Below, piece after piece: positions 16,651 to 21,701 of a stretch of DNA of 21,701 nt. Each line of letters begins with the position of its first letter. Position 1 is the stretch's first letter. The notes beneath the pieces are model-generated. The model did no database searches. It was not told the origin of the DNA and saw only the letters and a program-made list of their open reading frames with translations. This DNA is from Thecamonas trahens ATCC 50062 (Eukaryota > Protista > Apusomonadida). The DNA is taken from positions 428,797-450,497 of the forward strand of contig NW_013657671.1 in assembly GCF_000142905.1 (NCBI RefSeq), written 5' to 3'. A program made the position numbers and the translations under genes.

Positions 16651-16670
16651 GGGGGGGGGGGGGGGGGGGG
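16651..16670. repeat. G20 homopolymer in the 323-bp spacer between the receptor-like gene stop (16690) and the RapGAP ATG (16366).
   Basis: Direct reading: gcgcggagggggggggggggggggggaggctgaag. Confidence 0.9.
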
Positions 16671-16689
16671 AGGCTGAAGTGCGCGCGGC

Positions 16690-19600
16690 TTACACGTCGC
16701 GGAGGAGTAGTGAAGGAAGCGGGGGTGGGGCAGGAATTGAAGCTGATGTCGGCGATGACGCGGATGAAGACGAGGTTGCCGTCGATGACGTAGCATGTGA
16801 GGAGGAGCTAGAGTCGGATGCCAGGCGCGAGGTGGTGGGGGAGGTCGGCGTGATCGGAGAGAAGGGCGAGAGCGGAGAGCACGGCGAGCAGACGGTAAGG
16901 CGGGCGCCGGGCGGATCAGTGGGAATGCTGAGCGAGAGGTTAGGAAAGATGCTTGTAGTGGGCGAAACCGAGACCGAGCTGTGTGGCGAGCTTGATCGTG
17001 GGCTGATTGACATTGCGGTGGCGGAGACGCCCGAGCCATGCGACGCGAGACCCGCCACGGCATCGGTGTTGAGAAAAACGGCCGAGGCTGACGGCAGACC
17101 GACGAGTGTGTCCATGCCCGAGGCAGCCACGTAGGCCTGGCCCGGAACAAAGGCAACGCCTGTCGTGTCTTCGATACAGGACGCGTCGGTGAGCGAGTCG
17201 ATGTCAATGACCGAGATCTCGATGTCGGACGACTTTCCATGGGCAGCAAACTCAAAGTCGACCTCGCCGGTGTCGCGGTCGCGGATCCACCAAACTTCGT
17301 AGACGATGGCAACAACGACAATAAAGAGGGTGGCAAGCAGCGCGGTGATGACCACGGCGTCGCGGAGGTGGCTTGATCCCTGCATGGTGCCGCCCCAGAG
17401 GAGAACTACGGCTCCGGCGCTAACGGCTCCATCCAATATGTTGTGGTGCTCTTCAGCGTAAGGGCGATGTCTGTGGATGAGGGCATGCACGATGCTGGCA
17501 AGGATGCCGAGACCGATGACGTGGGCTTTGGCGCTCGGCGACCGCAGCGCGCACACGGCGACCACCATGGCAAGCTTCCTTCCGAGCACCACATTCTCGT
17601 ACCAATACAGATCCGGCCGGTACTTGGCGACGAGGAATGCATACTTGGTGAGAAAGCTGAGATCGTCCAGCTGCTGCTTCTTGCGGCGAAGGAAGACTCC
17701 AAGGCCAACTGGGATAATCAACCCGTAGGCGAGGGCGACGATGATGATGAGGGGTAGGGTGGCGTACCACGCCACAGTGTAACAGCGCTGGTGTGGATTG
17801 GTTGTCATGACCACGATTCCCCCGCCGACGTCTGTGCAGTCGACATACCGCAGCGCAGAGTACATCAGCGGCATGTAGAGCAAGAGGAGCGTCTGTAGAT
17901 AGCCGCGCCCGGCGGCGTCGACTAGCTGCCTGTTGGGGGCAAAGAGCGCCCTAGCGTGCGCGCCGACGCCTGCGCGTCCTTGTGCGACGCGGCGATTATG
18001 GCGCAGCGCGCTCCCGACCGAGGCACAGCACGTGACAAGGCCAAAGGGAAGAAGGAAGAGCATCGGCAGCGCCATGGTCACGCCCCACTTGAACATCCAA
18101 ACATCGCCGACGTCGAGCCCGCACTCTGGCGAAGCGAGGTCAAAGTTGAGGTTGACAAGTGAGACGGCGTCAAAGATGGCGGCGGCAACAGGATGCCAAC
18201 GCAGTCGGATGGTGCCGTAAAGGGCCACGGCTTGTAGCGAGTTGAGCGCAATGACAAACGCGGCGTATCCGTACATGTTTGTCTCGCGTGTGTTGAGCCA
18301 GAGGACAACAGTGGCGTAGACAAAGAAGCCAAGGATGAGGAGAGCGGCCAGAGCAGCGTTGGAGCCACGGCAGCGTCGGCACCGCTCTCCAAGCCGGAAC
18401 CAGCCGCGATCGCACTCGGCGCACAGCCGGCCGGTGTAGCCGACCCGGCAAGCTGTGCCACCGACGCAAGCCTCAGGCAGCGGACATGCCACAAAGAGGC
18501 CCGGGCCGTCGTCGCCTTGGCCAAAACCGGCGGCGGCGACCGGATCTGCGCGGCCGCCGAGACAGACCGCGCCGAACGGGCAAGCGACGCATGCTGCGCC
18601 ACGCCGCTGGCCGCGCGCTCCGAACCAGAAACCCGGACGGCACGTGCAGTTGGTGTAGCTTTGGGATGCTTCGGGCGAGGTTGAGAACGGTGGACAGACA
18701 CTACACTCGGGAGCGTCGATGGCGTCCGAAAAGGTGCCGGGCGCGCACGCGCTGCAACCTCCGCCGTCGACCGAGTGCTCGCCGGGCACACAGGTGGTGG
18801 CGGCAAAGACAACAAATGGTGAGCCGACAATATCCTCGCTCGAGATTTCGACCGATAGGGTGTATGTCCCACCGCGCTCGGCGACGAGGTCAAAGCCGAG
18901 GCGCGGACTCTCGCGGTACAAGATTTGGACAGATCTCTCACCGGCGCTGCCCTTGATCCGGATCGAGACGTCCGCGTCTGATGGGAGGCTTGAGACCGCA
19001 TTGCCGTAGACATCGGCAACAACAACTTCGTACCGACTCGCCACGCCGGTCTCGACGCTGAGGACTGATCCGAGCACGGCGTTGTCGAGCACAGAAGCTG
19101 ACGCGGCGGCTGGTCCGGGGACAACCTGGACTGTGAGCGGTGCAGCTTCAAGTGTGCGACCGTTGATGCCGAGCGTGTATGTGTACACGTCAGCAACCGT
19201 CGGCACCGTGACTGTGGCCTCGTACTCTCCGCTGGCCAGAAAGCTGTGGGAGGCGACACGATCTGTGCCATCGGGCAGGCGTGCTGTGGGCAGGTCGAGT
19301 CCGCTGCCTGTCGGGAGATGGAAAGAGTCGCGGACGTGAAAGGCCACCACAAAAGACGATCCCGCGACGAGGACGATCGGGGCCGCGGGGGGCGTGGCGA
19401 ACGAGTTGCTGATGTTGAACGAGGAGCAGAACGGGGTCGAGGCCGAGACACTCCACTCCGAGTCCCCGCCGCAAATCGAGGTCGAGGGACCGACAAGCGA
19501 AAGGCCCCCGGTGCAGACAAAGGAGCATGACTCGCCAAAGATGCCACGGCCCGTGCCATTTGAGCAGGTGATGACAATGTCCGGCGGCGGGACCAGCGGC

Positions 19601-20211
19601 GGGCAAGAGACATAGGCGCAGACGGCCTCACTTCCAGACCAAGTCCCATCAGAGCAGACGCGCAGAGCCGAGCCTGAAATGAGGTCGATTCCGGGATCGC
19701 AGATGACTGTGGCGGTCGAGCCGGTGTAGCCGTAGTTGGAGAACGAGAGCGAGCCGTTGGACGGCGGCGCAAAGAGCGGGCATGCATAGGGCGGCGGTGG
19801 CGAGGGCGGTGCCGGTGGCGAGGGCGGCGGCGGCGGCGATGGGATACATTGAACCGCCGGAGGGAGAGCTGACCAGATGCCATCCACGCATGTGACCGAG
19901 TTTCCCGGTCCGGCGCCGACGAGGGTGAGGCCGCCGGAGCAGGTGATGGTGACGGCGTCGCCAAATGGCACGGCAGTGGTCGAGGTGATGGGCGAGACCG
20001 AGACCGAGGCGTCCGTGACTGGAGGATAAGGATGACATACGTGGTAGTAGGTGAGGTTGAGCGAGCTCGGCGTGGCGTTGGCCGAGTACTTGCGCTGTGG
20101 CTTGCAGCCGATGCAGTCGAGCGAGAGCAGGACGACGAGCGACGTGGTAGAGCTGGTACTGGTGATGGCGTCCTGGGCCACAACGTCGAGTGGGATCTCA
20201 AACGGGTTCAA
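16690..20211 (-). CDS. Main ORF of a large secreted multi-pass membrane protein of 1173 codons: three Sushi/CCP domains, two filamin-type Ig repeats, a Cys-rich EGF/TNFR/ephrin-receptor-like module, about 10 TM helices and a Ser/Pro-rich C-tail.
   Basis: Sushi domains: C59..C91..C108(DGIWS)..C122; CPLFAPPSNG...VICDPGIDLISGSALRVCSDGTWSGSEAVC; CPPLVPPPDIVITCSNG...CSFVCTGGLSLVGPSTSICGGDSEWSVSASTPFC, with Pro-rich linkers. Filamin repeats: GTYTLSVEISSEDIVGSPFVVFAA carries the GSPF signature, and YEATVTVPTVADVYTYTLGINGRTLEAAPLTVQVVPG. Cys-rich: CVPGEHSVDGGGCSACAPGTFSD...CAECDRGWFRLGERCRRC. TM helices run from ALAALLILGFFVYATVVLWL to AVVITALLATLFIVVVAIVYEVWWI. The ORF-track start at 20211 is TTG, so the true start is upstream. 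Confidence 0.8.
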   Translation of the reverse strand: MNPFEIPLDVVAQDAITSTSSTTSLVVLLSLDCIGCKPQRKYSANATPSSLNLTYYHVCHPYPPVTDASVSVSPITSTTAVPFGDAVTITCSGGLTLVGAGPGNSVTCVDGIWSALPPAVQCIPSPPPPPSPPAPPSPPPPYACPLFAPPSNGSLSFSNYGYTGSTATVICDPGIDLISGSALRVCSDGTWSGSEAVCAYVSCPPLVPPPDIVITCSNGTGRGIFGESCSFVCTGGLSLVGPSTSICGGDSEWSVSASTPFCSSFNISNSFATPPAAPIVLVAGSSFVVAFHVRDSFHLPTGSGLDLPTARLPDGTDRVASHSFLASGEYEATVTVPTVADVYTYTLGINGRTLEAAPLTVQVVPGPAAASASVLDNAVLGSVLSVETGVASRYEVVVADVYGNAVSSLPSDADVSIRIKGSAGERSVQILYRESPRLGFDLVAERGGTYTLSVEISSEDIVGSPFVVFAATTCVPGEHSVDGGGCSACAPGTFSDAIDAPECSVCPPFSTSPEASQSYTNCTCRPGFWFGARGQRRGAACVACPFGAVCLGGRADPVAAAGFGQGDDGPGLFVACPLPEACVGGTACRVGYTGRLCAECDRGWFRLGERCRRCRGSNAALAALLILGFFVYATVVLWLNTRETNMYGYAAFVIALNSLQAVALYGTIRLRWHPVAAAIFDAVSLVNLNFDLASPECGLDVGDVWMFKWGVTMALPMLFLLPFGLVTCCASVGSALRHNRRVAQGRAGVGAHARALFAPNRQLVDAAGRGYLQTLLLLYMPLMYSALRYVDCTDVGGGIVVMTTNPHQRCYTVAWYATLPLIIIVALAYGLIIPVGLGVFLRRKKQQLDDLSFLTKYAFLVAKYRPDLYWYENVVLGRKLAMVVAVCALRSPSAKAHVIGLGILASIVHALIHRHRPYAEEHHNILDGAVSAGAVVLLWGGTMQGSSHLRDAVVITALLATLFIVVVAIVYEVWWIRDRDTGEVDFEFAAHGKSSDIEISVIDIDSLTDASCIEDTTGVAFVPGQAYVAASGMDTLVGLPSASAVFLNTDAVAGLASHGSGVSATAMSISPRSSSPHSSVSVSPTTSIFPNLSLSIPTDPPGARLTVCSPCSPLSPFSPITPTSPTTSRLASDSSSSSHATSSTATSSSSASSPTSASIPAPPPLPSLLLRDV

Positions 20212-20627
20212 CTGCGATGTTGCCGGCCAGGACTGGATCGGGCCGACGCGTGGGACGGCGTCAAGGCCGTACGAATCAGACCAGGGGGCGAGGAAAGGGC
20301 GGTGCCGACCGCCGGATCGTCGTATTGGTACGCCTGCAGATGCCAGACCGCCGACGAGGCGGCATCGGCTTTCTTGAGGCGGGCGAGCGTGATCTTGGTA
20401 TCTGTCGGAACCATAAACACACTGCCATTGGTGGGGAGCGAGAGAGATCCCAGAGGGAGACGGAGAGCAATGACATGGTCGCGCATAGAGATGGTGCCGG
20501 GAATTTCGATGGAATTTCCAGAACTGGTCTCCATGGCGCGGACATCGACTGCGGGGTCCAGCGGCTCGTCAAGGAGGAGCAGCGTGGCGGCATGACATGT
20601 GTGTGCATACAGCACGAGCACAAGCAT
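20212..20627 (-). CDS. Probable 5' signal-peptide-encoding part of the receptor-like gene. ATG at 20627 encodes MLVLVLYAHTCHAATLLLL.... It sits in a different frame from the main ORF, so an undetermined short intron or a 1-nt indel lies at ~20210-20300.
   Basis: The hydrophobic N-terminus has a signal-peptide shape and is followed by a protein-like sequence (SIEIPGTISMRDHVIALRLPLGSLSLPTNGSVFMVPTDTK...). That frame stops at 20208 while the main ORF frame is open from ~20500. No donor/acceptor pair with compatible phase could be identified by eye. Confidence 0.4.
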
Positions 20628-21445
20628 GGCAGCCGCGACATTGGCCTTGGTTCCGTGGCGTGAGGGATGAGAGCGGGGAGGGATCATGACGGGCGAGTTT
20701 GGGGAACAATGAAAATATTTCTCACGCGGCGTCGGCACGCGTGCGGACTGAGGCCACGGAGCGACAAAGGGCAATAGTGGAGGATATACAGGGTTCCCGG
20801 TAATAGGCTTGGACTCGGACGGTAGGTAAACGCTTGTATAATGCTATGCAGGGAGTAACGGGACCGGGGACTTTCTGTGGATAGACGATAGAGGCCGTGG
20901 AACAAAGGGGAAGACCAAGTCGGTGGCACGTGCGGAGAGAGATATGCGGGGCCTACTACCGCAGTCCCGCAGCATCGAATACAGACAGTGGAGAAGGAGA
21001 GGACTACAGGGTCGACGAGGGCCGTTATCGCATTGTGCTTTGGTTGTAGATCGGGCTTGGATTGGGTGCCAGACCGGAGCTCGGCCTCCTGGACAGAAGC
21101 CGTGGCTTGGCGGGCTTCCGGCCGGGGTTCTGGCCCGAGGCTGGCTCGACGAGTGAACGCATGCAATGGCAGACCAGGACAAGGAATTTGACTTTGAGCA
21201 TGGTGCGATGGGGCGGATTGATAGGCCCCATGTTGGGAGCCCGCACATATGCCCAGGAGCATGCTCCAGGCTCTCGAGTACTCTGGTCTCAAGACCAAGC
21301 AAGGACGCTGATGGTTCGCGGCCGGTGGCCCGGTGCCACGCAGCACTCGTTGGGCCGGCCAACCACCAACCAACCCACAGGCCACCGGTCGCCACTCGCC
21401 ACTCACCGACACCAGTTGCCACCACTCGTCACCAGCCAGCACATC

Positions 21446-21493
21446 ATGTCGACCTGCACGTATGCAACCACGGGGGCAAACTTCAAGTACCAG
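21446..21493 (+). CDS. Candidate first exon of 16 codons (MSTCTYATTGANFKYQ) of a gene that continues beyond the window, followed by a GTACGA donor at 21494 and a C-rich intron/leader.
   Basis: The context acatcATGTCG is nearly identical to the HPt gene's catcatcATGTCG. A CA/pyrimidine-rich leader sits upstream, the donor-like GTACGAG follows immediately after cag, and poly-C lies downstream. There is no downstream sequence to confirm it. Confidence 0.25.
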
Positions 21494-21562
21494 GTACGAG
21501 ACCTTCCCCACCCACCCATCCTCTCCACACATGTCCATGCCAATAGCTCTACCGCCCCCCAA

Positions 21563-21579
21563 CCCCCCCCCCCCCCCCC
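21563..21579. repeat. C17 homopolymer within a 50-nt C-rich tract.
   Basis: Direct reading: accgccccccaacccccccccccccccccaccccccacccccccc. Confidence 0.9.
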
Positions 21580-21701
21580 ACCCCCCACCCCCCCCTCTCG
21601 TAACCGGCCCCTTCCCTCTGTCTACCTCTGCCCAGCTCTGTCTTTCTTTCCATTGGTTTTTCTTCCGTTCCCCCCGCGACTTTCCACCTCCTCCCACCAA
21701 C

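Noticed and set aside
18078-20201. A 707-aa minus-strand ORF that overlaps the receptor gene in another frame.
   Set aside because: It is Arg/Ser/Pro-rich nonsense typical of off-frame translation of GC-rich coding DNA. The in-frame Sushi, filamin and TM content of the other frame is decisive.
20684-21700. A 338-aa and a 193-aa minus-strand ORF at the right end of the window.
   Set aside because: They are Gly/Trp/Arg-rich, driven by poly-C/G tracts. They have no start ATG (the listed start is an alternative codon) and no GC3 coding signature. The region is better explained as the divergent promoter between the receptor gene and the candidate gene at 21446.
1-21701. I scanned for tRNA/rRNA genes, transposon termini (TIR/LTR) and target-site duplications.
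   Set aside because: I saw no GGTTCGA(A/T)TCC-type T-loop boxes with matching acceptor stems, no rDNA-like conserved blocks and no terminal inverted or long direct repeats. The only repeats are the simple-sequence arrays listed.

Overview
This 21.7 kb window is GC-rich (~60-65%) eukaryotic nuclear DNA, and it is gene-dense. It is not a prokaryotic locus, and I found no rRNA, tRNA, transposon or CRISPR array. Long uninterrupted ORFs with a strong G/C bias at codon third positions (GC3), short introns with GTACGT / GTATGT donors and CAG acceptors, pyrimidine-rich leaders and (CT)n/(CA)n microsatellites point to a fungal genome with few introns, probably a basidiomycete yeast or smut-like lineage; that attribution is inference. 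The ORF track calls TTG and GTG as starts. I checked start codons by eye and moved several starts to the first real ATG.

Genes supported, in order:
- 99-1868 (+): the 3' exon of a fimbrin/plastin, with an EF-hand loop and four CH domains. Its first exon lies upstream of the window.
- 2078-3208 (+): a 7TM cAMP-receptor-like GPCR.
- 3216-7799 (-): a large SERCA-like P-type ATPase homologue whose catalytic signature motifs are degenerate.
- 8432-9009 (-), with probable upstream exons to 9617: a small protein with three RPEL motifs and a C-terminal Dpy-30 motif.
- 10871/11082-12437 (+): a histidine-phosphotransfer (HPt) protein with a second HPt-like domain that lacks the histidine, plus a Lys/Ala-rich linker.
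- 12427-13743 (-): an ORF of unknown function with a His/Arg/Asp-rich tail.
- 13676-16366 (-): a Rap/tuberin-type GAP domain protein.
- 16690-20211 (-), plus a signal-peptide ORF ending at 20627: a very large protein with three Sushi/CCP domains, filamin-type Ig repeats, a cysteine-rich module and about ten TM helices.
- 21446-21493 (+): a possible first exon of a further gene.

Intergenic regions carry a 37-bp minisatellite of about 20 copies, a (CT)n(CA)n microsatellite, a hexamer repeat, several coding trinucleotide repeats and multiple 11-20 nt poly-G/poly-C homopolymers. There is no prokaryotic-style 'system'. The unusual content is in protein architectures: a pseudo-pump, a dual HPt protein, an RPEL+Dpy-30 protein and a Sushi/filamin multi-TM receptor.
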